Assembly (NCBI RefSeq): GCF_028641065.1
Contig: NC_073380.1
Coordinates: 93,806,001 to 93,870,000, forward strand
DNA from: Leucoraja erinacea
Taxonomy: Eukaryota
Direction: 5' to 3'
Length of the DNA: 64,000 nucleotides
Below, piece by piece: positions 35,374 to 46,789 of this stretch; positions within the stretch are counted from its first letter, which is position 1; every line of letters begins with the position of its first letter. Below the pieces are notes generated by a model, which saw nothing but the letters and a program-made list of their open reading frames with translations, did not search any database and was not told where the DNA came from. The position numbers were made by a program, and so were the translations under genes.

Positions 35374-36160
35374 CAGGGGTCAGCAACCTTGATCTGCATC
35401 GGGGCCAGGACCCATGACTGTGAGCGGATGGCGGGCCACGTCTATCGCCATTATTAATCAAGGGAGGTAATAATAGTCGCAGTTTTGTTTCGAAGGGCGC
35501 TGTACATGGAGGAGGTAGAGGGAGCCCAGTCAAAGTCAACCTCCCCTATCTCCACCGAGCCCACCAGTGAGGGAGGGGGAGGCGGGGGCCAGGAGGGCGG
35601 CTGCCTTTTCGGAGTGCCGGGATTACTAGCGTTGCACAGCCCACCTGCCGCTGCTCACCATCAAACCACCCAGCAACAGCTCGGTGAACATGAGCGACCA
35701 GGTCTGAGCCGCTGCTCTCAAACCCCCAGCAACAGCTCGGAAGAGCTGGTCTGAGCAAGACTCGCCGGCCCAACACCAGAGGCCCCCCACCCCCCCCCCC
35801 CCCCCCCCCCCGCGTCCCTGTCTCCGTCCACCAGGTCCCTCCCTCCCCCTTGCTGCTGGACCGCCCCAGCGAGGCCAGTCGCAACGGTAAGGAGGAGGCC
35901 AAGCTGTCTGATGGGGACAACGAGAGCCTGGACAGCACGCTCAACTCCAATGACACCATCAACTGCAGCATGGGCTCGTCGTCGCGGGACAGCCTGCCCG
36001 AGGCACCCTTCTGCCCACAGACCTACTTGCGGGAAACACGTCACAGCTGGAACTCCCCCACCCTCAACAACGAGTACAACAACAGCCAGTACCACGCAGG
36101 CCGGGCGATTATGGGTTACAGGCCGCATCCGGCCCGTGGGCCGTAGGTTGCCGACCCCTG
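35374..36160. mobile_element. hAT (Charlie-like) non-autonomous element carrying a gene fragment (inner)
   Basis: TIRs CAGGGGTC(A/G)GCAACCT 15/16; 8-bp flanks GCTTATTC / GTTTAGTC (6/8); subterminal ggccgcatccggcccgtgggccgtag. Confidence 0.85.
35642..36073 (+). pseudogene. IQSEC2: Captured, decayed fragment of an IQSEC (BRAG) Arf-GEF exon upstream of the Sec7 domain, most like IQSEC2
   Basis: [19 protein letters not shown] (35642-35698) vs IQSEC HLPLLTIEPPSDSSVDLSD; [30 protein letters not shown]...[18 protein letters not shown] vs IQSEC2 [30 protein letters not shown]...QTYQRETRHSWDSPAFNN (recalled sequences; paralog assignment tentative). Confidence 0.8.
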
Positions 36161-36859
36161 GTTTAGTCAGTAGAAAGGAAGATGTGAAACACCTTCAAGG
36201 AGGCAATGAGGATGGGGAAGCCTTCATCTTCGCCTGTCCCACAATGCACTGTGCGGTTCAGGTCTGTGGGATGGGGACTTCCTGGCACAGAGAGACAGAG
36301 AGACAGGCGTTTACCACTTTGTGCAGCCCAGGCCAGACTCCCCACAAGCTGTGGAAGGAACTCTTCCACCCCTCAGCGGTGCTGTCCTTTTACAGCCGCT
36401 GTATTGAGGGATAGCCAAGTCTATCTTTCTTGGCTAACAATCTAACTTTCGGCCTCCAAGACGCAGGTACATTTTTGGGTCGTATTTTAGGGTAAAAAAT
36501 AGCGTCTTCATTGCTGGGAAATACGGTAAGTAGAAAGTTTTTGTAGACTCGGTTTGTTATTAAGGGTACCGTATTTTAAAAAAGGGGTGCAAAAGCTAGT
36601 GCAGGTGTTAATATATTGCTCGTTCGTAGCCAGAGCAGGGCAAATGGATGCCCATGCTTTTAGGCTATCCTGGACAGCCCATTAAATTGAACAGAACCTC
36701 ACCGATTGCCCATTGGCAACTTCATTTTCCCCTTAATTTCAAAGATTTATCTTTTCCTCAATATTTATGTGAAAAGCCTAATCCATTTACCATTTAAGTT
36801 ATCCAAGCTGTGATAGAGATTTTACATTACAGGTTACATTACAGCTTGATTTGGGAATA

Positions 36860-37205
36860 GCTCTCATCAAGACTGCAATAAATTGCATAGAATTATAGAT
36901 GTAGCCCAGGCCATTACACAGACCACACTTCCCACCCTTGATTCCATCTAGACTTCTCATCACCTCGGAATGGCAGCCAACATAATCAAAGACCATCCCA
37001 CGAGGTCATTCCTTCTCCATTGTGGACATTGGACTTTGTCTATGGAACAGATGCGCTACAATGCTGAGAACTATATTCTGCACCGTATCTTCTCCTTTGC
37101 CCTCTCTATTGCACCAGTTTGACTTGAATGTATTTATAGTATTTTTTATTGGTTTGGATAGCATGCAGAGCTTTTCACTGAACCTTGCTACACTTGACAA
37201 TAAAC
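36860..37205 (+). mobile_element. Degenerate Rex1 3' end
   Basis: gcagccaacataatcaaagacc (AANIIKD); tail gacaataaacctaaacct. Confidence 0.6.
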
Positions 37206-37489
37206 CTAAACCTCCTATAGAGAACCCTATTTAACACTCCAGTCCTGCCCTTGACGGAGTATATGTAAAAATTGATTGCTGATCCTCACACTTTAAATCA
37301 ACCCATCTCCTCCTTTGATATACCCCAATCTTCCTAGTTCCCATTTTCACACTTTTATTTACCTACAGATATGAAATAGTGTTCTCTAAATCTCCTGGCA
37401 CAAACCGTTCAAGATCCTTAAAATTCCAGTCTACCTCATCTAGCCATCCAGAAAAACATAACCAGAGATAGTTTTATATCTCACATTAA

Positions 37490-37715
37490 TGCCCCTGTCC
37501 CACTTAGGAAACCTGAACGGAAACCTCTGGAGACTTTGCGCCCCACCCAAGGTTTCCGTGCGGTTCCCGGAGGTTGCAGGTGGTTGCCGGAGGTTGCAGG
37601 TAGTGGAAGCAGGTAGGGAGACTGACTAAAACCTCCAGGAACCACACGGAAACCTTGGGTGGGTCACAAAGTCTCCAGAGGTTTCCGTTCAGGTTTTCTA
37701 AGTGGGACAGGGGCA
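37490..37715. mobile_element. Palindromic MITE with about 85-bp TIRs, TTAA on both flanks
   Basis: tgcccctgtcccacttaggaaacctgaacggaaacctctggagactttg... and its reverse complement; TTAA at 37486-89 and 37716-19. Superfamily uncertain (Harbinger-like ends). Confidence 0.85.
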
Positions 37716-38639
37716 TTAACTCAAAAATGTTACATTATTTGACAGTGACCCATACTACCTTCTGTGCTTCAGCAGCAACATCAAAACAATGAATGCTGCA
37801 TTAACTATATTAAATATTAATAAACTACATATTCCCCAAATTGTGTGTTATATTGTTCTACGAGAGTACTGCATTGTCAGGGCTCATGAGGTAGTGTACT
37901 GCACAGGGCCCTCAGTTTATCCATCCATTTTACTTCCCCCTCCTAACTTAATTTGGAGATTCGGTGAGGGTTAATCTGAGGATTTTCAGTGTTTTCATCC
38001 AATTTTGCAATACAGGTGCAAATGAATAATAGACTAAAATGCTATATAATATTTTTAAGACATAGACTTCTATATTCCAGGAAATATTTAAATAGCAAAA
38101 ATATACAAAAAGCTAGCAAATGGTTGCAGCCTTAACACACAAAAGCTGTCTGCTTCAGTGGTCATGTCCATTAGCACTTATGCACTTGTCTTACATTAGC
38201 AAAAATAGGTCATCTCCCCACAGAGACGATGGAATTTCATTTTGACCTGTATAATAGTTTAAATTTGAGAGACCAAAATATTTTTGTCACAAATGATTTC
38301 CATCTAATGCAAATATGACGACTTAAGGATTGGGGATTTGATGAGTCTATAATAAATCTTTGCCAATGTAGCAGACTGTTTTGAAGCTGAAATATTTCCT
38401 GACAGACAGAAAAGTAGAATGATTTCATCATCCTGACAGCCATGACAAATTATGTTGAATCTGCCTGAAAGGCAAGCTTGTTCATTTCACTGCAATTATT
38501 GGCATGTTATCTGCAGCCAAGCAGAAGAACATTCAGTCATCTGCACAGTCCAGTATCTCAGTACACTTAATAATAAATAATAAATCAATATCAATCACAT
38601 ATCGCAAATTAACTACATATGCATTCTATTTTGTGGCGA

Positions 38640-39970
38640 TATTAGTATGAGTATTGGTTTATTATAGTTACATGTACCAAGAACATATGAGTACATCAGG
38701 TAGTGCAAGAGAACATTGTTTCAGCTATAGGGAAATTGTGGATAAAAAAGTGCAAAGGCCACAAGGTAGATTGGAAGATCAGGAACTCATTCTTAGCAAA
38801 CCAGAAGTCTGATCAATCATCTGATAAATGTGAGGAAGAAGCTGTTCTTAATCTGAGGTATGTGTTCACAAACTTGTATCCTCTGCCCTACGGGTGAGGA
38901 GAGGAGAGAATGATTGGATGTTGGCCACTTTCCTGAAGCAGCATGAAGTATGGTGGGAGTTGCTGGGATGGAAAAGGGGTGTGGTAGGTTGGTTTGCGTG
39001 ATTGACTGAGCTGCATTTACAACTTTTGGTACTTTTTTGCTATCTTGGTGGAGCAGTTATCATACAAAGCTGTGATGTATCCAGATAGTATGCTTGTGTA
39101 GGGAAGAACTGCAGATGCTGGTTTAAATCAAAGATAGACAAAATGCTAGAGAAACTCAGCAGGACAGGCAGCATCTCTGGAGAGAAGGAATGGGTGATAT
39201 TTTGGGTCGAGACCTTTCATCGGACTCAATGGAGCCTTCTATAGTAGAAAATGGAGAGTTGTTGGACATGCTGAGTTTCCTTAGTCTTCTGAGGAAGAGG
39301 CATTGGTGGACTATCTGGCCATAGCAATAGTGTGATTAAACCAAGATAAATTGTTGGTGATATGTACACCAAGAAACTTGAAGCTCTCAACCATTTCCAC
39401 TTCAGCACCTCCCATTTATGTAGACTAGAGTGTGTACTTCACCCTGTTTCATGAAGTCAGAATCGGTTCCTTCGTTTTATTGACTTTGAGGACTAGGTTG
39501 TTTTCTTTACACCATGCACTTAAGCTCTCCAACTCCTTCCTGTACTCGGTCACATCATTATTTGTGATCTGACCCATTACAAAGGCAGAGGGATTTGTAA
39601 ATGGTTAGAGTAGAATTTGGCCGCTCAGCCATGATTGTACAGGGAATACAGTAAGGGGCCTGAAATTCAGCCTTGCAGAGGACCGGTGTTGAGAATTGTA
39701 GTGGCCGATGCCTTGGTGCCTTACTGATTGTGGTCTATAGGCCAGGAAGTCAAGGGTTCAGTTGCAGGGGAGAAGAGGGTGCCAAGACTTGGGTCTAAGA
39801 GTTTGGAAATTAATTTAGTTGGAATTATAATATTGAACACTGAATTATAGTCAATAAATTGGAATCTGACTGAGGAGTCATCGTTATCCAGATGTTCAAG
39901 GAATGAGACGAGTAACAGTACGCAAACTGCATTGCATCATGAATGGTTGGAGTTGGTGTGCCATGACTTG
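38640..39970 (-). mobile_element. Degenerate Rex1/Babar LINE with nested Penelope-derived repeat
   Basis: Minus strand AEVEMVESFKFLGVHI, IDYNSVFN motifs. Confidence 0.7.
39096..39226 (-). mobile_element. Penelope-derived short repeat
   Basis: gaactgcagatgctggtttaaatc...gggtcgagacctttcatcggact. Confidence 0.75.
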
Positions 39971-40396
39971 CCTCATGGTCATTGATGTTACAACAATTCA
40001 ACAATAAATAACTCCAAATTTATAGCTGTTTATTGTAGAGTCGTATAGGAAGAATAATACTATTTCTGATTGGAATTTGAAGCAGATGGTAGTGTCTAAA
40101 ACATTGTCCTGAAAAAACCTTACAGCAGTGTCCTGAGGACAAAATGATTAACCTCCAGCCACTTTAAAATAATCATTAGTATACTGCAAATTATACTGCT
40201 TTCCTATTTTATGTCAATCTGAGAAGTTATTTTGCTCGATTTATTTTGATGTCCTTTTTTTTGCTACACATCATTCACAGATTAACCAAAAGTATCAATT
40301 TACAGGTATGGTTTACTTCTTCATTAGCTGTTTTTCAGAAGATTATTCTGTTAACTACATTTTACCTCTGAAGTCAAAAGAGTGTATGGTAGCATT

Positions 40397-41135
40397 GGAC
40401 AATAGACAATGGGTGCAGGAGTAGGCCATTCGGCCCTTTGAGCCAGCACCACTATTCACTGTGATCATGGTTGATCATCCACATTCAGTGCCCAGTTCCT
40501 GCCTTCTTACCATATCCCCTGACTCCGCTATATTTAAGAGCTCTACATCTCTCTTGAAATCTTCCAGAGAATTGGCCCTCACTGCCTTCTGAAGCAGAGA
40601 ATTCCACAGATTCACAACTCTCTGAGTGAAACCTTTTTCCTCATCTTCGTTCTAAATGGCCTACCCCTTCTTCTTAAACTGTGGCCCCTGGTTCTGGACT
40701 CCCCCAACATCAGGAACATTTTTCCTGCCTCTAGCATGTCCAATCCCTTAACAATCTTATATGTTTCAATAAGATGCCCTCTCATCCTTCTAAATAAATA
40801 AAAATGCCCAGCCGCTCCATTCTATCAACATATGACAGTCCCGGAAATTAACGCAGTGAACCTACCTCTCTCAATAGCAAGAATGTCCTTCCTCAAATTT
40901 GGAGACAAAAACTACACACAATACTCCAGGTGTGGTCCCACAAGGGCCTTGTACAACTGCAGAAGGACCTCTTTGCTCCTATACTCAACTCCTCTTGTTA
41001 TAAAGGCCAACATGCCATTAGCTTTCTTCGCTGCCTGCTGTACCTGCATGCTCACTTTCAGTGAGTGATGAACAAGGACCCCCCAGATCTCTTTGTACTT
41101 CCCCTTTTCCCAACTTGACACCATTCAGATAATAG
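40397..41135 (-). mobile_element. CR1 3' fragment
   Basis: QVQQAAKKANGMLAFITRGVEYRSKEVLLQLYKALVGPHLEYCV; (gacaata)n tail. Confidence 0.9.
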
Positions 41136-41524
41136 CAGGTAAGACCGAATCGCCATTATGGTACAAAATCAGCAAAAACGTTCTGGACTATTGATCCAGG
41201 AATATATCAAAATCCCACATAGCAGGGAGATTTCAGTTCATGTAATTAAATATGGAATTAATGCTGGTCATAATAACAGCAACCATGAACCTACCAGATT
41301 ATTTCCAAAACTCCTCTGGTTCACAAACGACCTTCAGGGAAGTAAATCTATCATCATGACATACTGTGGGTAAGACTCCAGGCTCTATCATGCCTCTTCA
41401 TTTTAGGAGCACAATGAAGGGAACGATAAATGTAGGCACTGCTAGAGATATCCACATTACACGAATGAATACATTTTTTTAAAACTCATTTCTTGAGAAA
41501 ACGGATAGAGAAGGCAATAATTTA

Positions 41525-42030
41525 TTCGAAGAGCTCTGTATGCAATAAAAAGATTATACAACATCCAAATTCCAATTAAAATCCGGCTTAAAATATTTGA
41601 CAGTGTAATCCAGCATATTGCGCTTTATGGTAGTGAAGTATGGGGTCCGCTCAGTCACCATAGCTATATTAAATGGGAAAAACTTACAACAGAGGCGGAA
41701 TTTTGTCAGAACATTCTCCATAACCAAACAAAACACCAACAAACGTGTGTAGGGCGGAATTAGGCAGATACCCACTGACAATAAATATCCAGAAACAAAC
41801 ACTAAATTTTTGGAATCTCCTTAAATCTAGCCCCCCAGATACCCTCCAGTTTAAAGCCCTTCAAACCCAAGAGGGGAACCCAGAAAAGAGTTCCCCATGT
41901 CAGTTGGTACTGAGATTAACTACCCCTATTCAGTTAAACCCTATCCAATTAAACCCTGAACAGCCTCAGATCAATACTGATCCCCAATCACCAGTTAGAG
42001 CAGTGGCGTAGGGTGGGTTTTTTTGAGCGC

Positions 42031-42064
<34 letters not shown>

Positions 42065-42136
42065 GTTTTTTGGGTTTTTGCGCCTCCGCCTGCGGGAGGC
42101 CTAATGGCGGAGTGGCGGCATTGGAAAAGAGAGGCA

Positions 42137-42190
<54 letters not shown>

Positions 42191-43310
42191 CGGGGGGGGA
42201 GGGGGGCGGGGGGCATGGGCTCGGAGGAAAACGGGGACAGTGACAGTTTTTGGTCTCTTCCTTCGGGGGATACGACTTCTTTTGTCGTATCCCTTGTCCC
42301 GCCTGCGCCGAGGCCTAATGGCGGAGCTGGCGGCCTCGGAGCTGGGGCAGAGGCAGTGGTGGCTGGGACAGCGGCAGCGGCGACCAGAACTCGGAGCTGG
42401 GGCAGCGGCAGTGGCGGCCTGGCCTCAGAGCGGGGACAGCGATAACAGTGACCTGGCCTCGGTACTGGGGCGGCAGCAGCGGCGACCTGGCCTCGGAGCT
42501 GGGGCGGCGGCAGCCAGCTGGCCTCGCAGCTGGGGCGGCCACCTGGCCTCGGAACGGGGACAGTGACAGCGGCCGCTCGGCATCAGAGCTGGGACGGCGG
42601 CAACGGCTGGGACGGTGGTGGTTGACAGCATGGCAGCGGCCTTTGGGGACGGAACGGGCAAGCAGCACATCTTGCGAAAGCGGCGGCCTGGCCACGGAGC
42701 ATGGGGCGGCGCTTACAGCTGGCCGGAGCTGGGACGGACATCTGGGCGGCTGGCCTACAGCAGCGGCTGGGACAGCGGCAGCCTGGTAAGGGGAAAAACT
42801 CGGAGCTGGGCGGGCGATGGCGACCTGGCCTCGGAGGTGGGACGGCGGCGGCAGCGGCTGGGACAGCAGCAGCCCTGGCCTCGGAGCTGGGGCGGCGACC
42901 TGGCCTCGGAGCTGGGACGGCGGCGGCAGCGGCTGGGACAGCGGCAGCAGCAGCGACAGCGACAGTGGCCACACGGCATCGGAGCTGGAGCAGCGGCAGC
43001 GGCGACCTGGCCTCGGAGTTGGGACAACGGCGACCAGTACTCGGAGCTGGTCGGGCCTCTGTAGAAGCAAGCCCCGCGCTGTTTTTATACTCACAGCTCC
43101 AGGTAACTCCTCCTCGCTCCAACGGCTCCCCGGCCTCTTAATTTTATTTTAAAAATTTATCCAGCAATTTTTTTGTGCCCCTAAAAATTTAGCGCCCGGG
43201 GCAAACGCCCCTCTAACCCCCCCCCCTCCCCCACGCTACGTCACTGAGTTAGAGTGAACCAAATTATCAAACAATGTAAAGAAATGTATTTGGAACCACA
43301 TTGGGTTCCA
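41525..43310 (+). mobile_element. RTE-X-like LINE C-terminal fragment interrupted by a hAT element
   Basis: LKIFDSVIQHIALYGSEVWGP...AEFC...TPTNVCRAELGRYPL...SPVR|VNQIIKQCKEMYLE; reading resumes after the TSD. Confidence 0.7.
42001..43246. mobile_element. hAT non-autonomous element filled with poly-G and a GC-rich minisatellite
   Basis: TIRs cagtggcgtag / ctacgtcactg; perfect 8-bp TSD AGTTAGAG (41993-42000, 43247-43254); reiterated ggcctcggagctggg(g/a)cggcggc units. Confidence 0.88.
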
Positions 43311-43850
43311 AATACATGTGGGGGGGGGGGAAGGGGGTATAATAAGTTACCATGTGTTAGCTTTGAAAAACTCCTTTGTTGCTTTAGCAGTATGTTTGGG
43401 ATCATTGTCTTGTTGCAGAATGAACTGCCGGCCAATGAGTTGAGGCATTTGTTTGAACTTGTTTGAACTGTCCAAGATCCAAAGCATGCCACCTCATCTG
43501 TGAAACATGGTGGTGGGCGTGTTATGGCCTGGGCATGTATGGCTGCTAAAGGTACTGGCTCACTTATCTTCATTGCTGATACAACTGCTGATGGTAGTAG
43601 CATAATGAATTCTGACACATCCGATCTGCTCAAGTTCAAACAAGTGCCTCAAAACTCATTGGCCGGCAGTTCATTCTACAGCAAAACAATGATCCCAAAC
43701 ATACTGCTAAGGCAACAAAGAAGTTTTACAACGCTAAAAAATGGTATATTCTTCAGCAGCCAAGTCAATCACCCGATCTGAACCCAATTGAGCATGCCTT
43801 TTATATGCTGAAGAGAAAACTGAAGGGGACTAGCCCCCAAAACAAGCAAA

Positions 43851-44176
43851 TTTTCACCCAGAAAATTGTGCGTCTGTGGAATTTTCTACCTCAGAGGGCA
43901 GTCGAGGCCAGCTTCACTGGATATTTTCAAGAGAGAGCTAGCTAGGGTTCTTAAAGATAGCAGAGTCAGGGGATATGGGGAGAAGGCAGGTACAGGGTAC
44001 TGATTGGGGATGATCCGCCATGCCTACTATATTCTGTTGTGCAGAAGCAAAGCAATAATTTCATTGTCCTATCTGGGACAAATGACAATAAACTCTCTTG
44101 ACTTGACTCTTGATCACATTGAATTCCGGTGCTGGTTTGAAAGGCCAAATGGTCTACTCCTGCACCTATTGTCTAT
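43851..44176 (+). mobile_element. CR1 3' end inside the Tc1, itself interrupted by a Rex1-type tail (about 44020-44110)
   Basis: ttttcacccagaaaattgtg...ctcctgcacctattgtctat; insert ends aataaactctcttgacttgact. Confidence 0.8.
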
Positions 44177-44529
44177 AAGCTAAAGATGGCTGCAATACAG
44201 GCCTGGCAGAGCATCACCAGAGAAGGCACCAGCAACTGATGATGTTCATGAATCACAAACTTCAAGCAATCATTGCATGCAAAGGATGTGCAACAAAATA
44301 CTAAACATGACTATTTTCATTTACATGTCATTGCTGTGTCCCAAACATAGCTGGTTCCCTGAAATGTATAAACACTGCTGTAATTTCTACATGCTGAAAC
44401 CAAAACATATAAAAATGGCCTTTATTAAAATCTGACTATGTACATTTTAACCACATGTGATTTTTTTTTGCATTACAAATCTCAAATTGTGGATTGCCGA
44501 GGCATATAAATAAACGATGGGTCTTTGTG

Positions 44530-45335
44530 TAAAGTATAAAGTATCCTTTATTGTCATTCAGACTTTTCAGTCTGAACGAAATTGCATACCTTGCAGTCAT
44601 AACAGAGAATAAAATAACAGAACACACAATGAACACAGTTTAAGTTCCACCACAGTGAGTCTACCAGGCACCTTCTCACTGTGATGGAAGGCAAAAGTCT
44701 TAAAGTCCTTGTCTCGTCCCTCCTTGTTCTCCCTCTGCGTTGAGGCGATCCAGGCTTCCGATGTTGGGCCCCCTGCCAGGGTGATGGTAAGTCCCACGGT
44801 CGAATCCGAGAGCCGCGAACAGGCCGGTTCAAACGCCGTGGCTCTGGACGGACGAAGCTGCCACCCTCCAGTCCAGTGGCCGAAGCTGTCGTTGCGGGAG
44901 TTCCGGAGAATCGATCACCAACCTGGGACCTACGAGCTCCCAATGTTGTCGTCCACTGGGCCCGCGGCCGAGTCCACTGGGCCCGCGGCCGAGCCTCCGA
45001 AGTCGGGTCGCCGCAGCATCACCACAGCCCCGAAGTTGGCCAGCCCCGCGTCGGAAAGTCCTGGCTCTACCTCCAGAGCCTCGCGGTCGGTCCCAGTTGG
45101 AGGCCGCTAGCTCCACGATTAGGCCTCAGCGCAGACAGAGACGGAGATGGAGACGGGGGATACGACAAGAAAACGTCGCATCCCCCCAAAGGAAGAAACT
45201 AAAAACAAGTTTCTCCCATCCCCCACACATACACAACTAAAATAAACTAAATAAACTAAAACAGGACAAAAGAAAAACAAAAAAAAAGACAGACGGACTG
45301 CAGGTGAGGCGCAGCTGCAGGGCAGTGCCGCCACT
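44530..45335 (-). mobile_element. GC-rich non-autonomous retroposon in the Tc1 TIR
   Basis: Minus strand begins ggcggcactgccctgcagctg and ends aataaaggatactttatacttta; same architecture as 13049-14560. Confidence 0.65.
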
Positions 45336-45379
45336 TCCTGAACATTATGGAGGGCACTGTTTCAGAATCCAAAATGTAA

Positions 45380-46225
45380 GCTTACAAGTCGTGCCTTTTA
45401 CATTCTTGTCCAAAATCATTGATATAGATGACAAACAATGGGCACAACACAGATCTTCGAGGCATACCAGTCATGTGCGTCCTGTTTGAAAAACACCCCA
45501 TGCACTATCAAAGGCAGACAAAAATGCTGGAGAAACTCAGCGGGTGAGGCAGCATCCATGGAGCGAAGGAAATAGGCAACGTTTTGGGCCGAAACCCTTC
45601 TTCACACTTTCAACTTCACACTATCAACTACAATTAAGCCAATTATGTATCCAATTAGCTAGCGCTCCTTAGATTCCATGAGATCTAACCATCCAACGAA
45701 ACATGATTGCCCACAAACAAAGCAGTGTTGACTATCCCTAATTAATCCGCCTTTTCAAATGCATGTGTGTCCATTCCTGAATAATTCCCGCCAGTAATTA
45801 ACCTACTGCAGATGTTAAGGTTTCTGGTCTATAATTCCCAGATTGTTCTTGGCAATGCTTAAATAAAGACACTTTAATCACCCTCCAGTCTTCCTACACC
45901 GCACCGTTGATTAATGATGATACATCTCTTAGTCAGGGCTCCCACAATCTATTCTCCCGTTTTACAGTGTTAGTGGATATACCCGATCAGGCCTTGGAAC
46001 CCATCGATTTACTCCCAGCTTTTTGTGTATCTTGGGAGATTTATCTACCTTCATTTGTCTTAGGACATGCAGCAATTCTTCTAATGTAATATGAACTTTA
46101 CTAAAACATTGATTAACTTTCCCAAGTCTTCATGTCTTTCTCTGACAGAGGAGAGAAATATTAATTGAGAACCTCGCCCATTTCTTGTGCTCAACATGTA
46201 GATTTCCATTTTTGTCGGGACTGAT
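45380..46225 (-). mobile_element. Degenerate CR1 RT region
   Basis: cattgatatagatgacaaacaatggg (PLFVIYIND on minus strand) and upstream RT motifs. Confidence 0.65.
45512..45618 (-). mobile_element. Penelope-derived short repeat with 9-bp TSD
   Basis: CACTATCAA at 45503-45511 and 45619-45627. Confidence 0.75.
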
Positions 46226-46789
46226 GATCAAGTGTGAGAGATGTCGGTCAGCAGGCAATTGGCGCGGGACATGATGATTCAGCGCTATCATTGGAGGAGA
46301 GAGGAGGGGGGGTGGGATTGAGGATAGAGCACGGTGATTGGAGAAGGTATGGCGTGGCACAGACCTGCGCCTCATCCGCAGCCAGGATCGTTCCCGGCTC
46401 TCCGGCACTGTCCCGAGTGGGCCCCCTCCCCCACCCCTCAGGTGGCCAGAGACGTCGGGAGTCAGACGGGAGCAGTGCCCCCAGGCCCACAGCCAGCACA
46501 GAGAAGCAGCGCAAAACCCAGCTCAACTCTGCCTGCCACGCGAGGTTAACCTACAGCTCTGCCCGGACTTGCGGGCAATATGGCCAGCGTGGAGAAGCAG
46601 TGCAGGTGTCCCGTCAGTCCAGACAGGGCTGTAGGTTAACCTGCCGAGACGGGCAGAGTTGAGCTGCATTTAGTGCTGGATTGAGCCTCCGAAGCCGCAT
46701 GCGTGCGTGTGTGAGGGAGTGAGTGCTTGCCCTCCATATTTTTATAGCGATTTCCGTGCCTGTTTCAGGGGGCCTGTTCTCTCACTAGT

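Larger units (their letters stand above)
35281..36526. mobile_element. Tc1-mariner/Tigger-like non-autonomous element (outer)
   Basis: 25-bp TIRs CCGTATT(G/T)CCC(G/A)GCAATGAAGACGC, 23/25 match; TA on both flanks (35279-80, 36527-28). Confidence 0.85.
43355..45360 (+). mobile_element. Tc1 transposon 3' half (transposase remnant and right TIR) with nested insertions
   Basis: VKHGGGRVMAWACMAA, QQNNDPKHTAKAT, PSQSPDLNPIEH, IACKGCATKY*; TIR resumes at 45338 cctgaacattatggagggcactg. Confidence 0.88.

Noticed and set aside
35850-36146. Functional IQSEC exon of a host gene
   Set aside because: Enclosed by two sets of TIRs/TSDs, frameshifted, truncated before Sec7, and no other IQSEC exons visible.
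42013-43152. Gly/Ala/Arg-rich ORFs or a CRISPR-like array
   Set aside because: Irregular minisatellite in a hAT element; no constant repeat with unique spacers; eukaryotic context.
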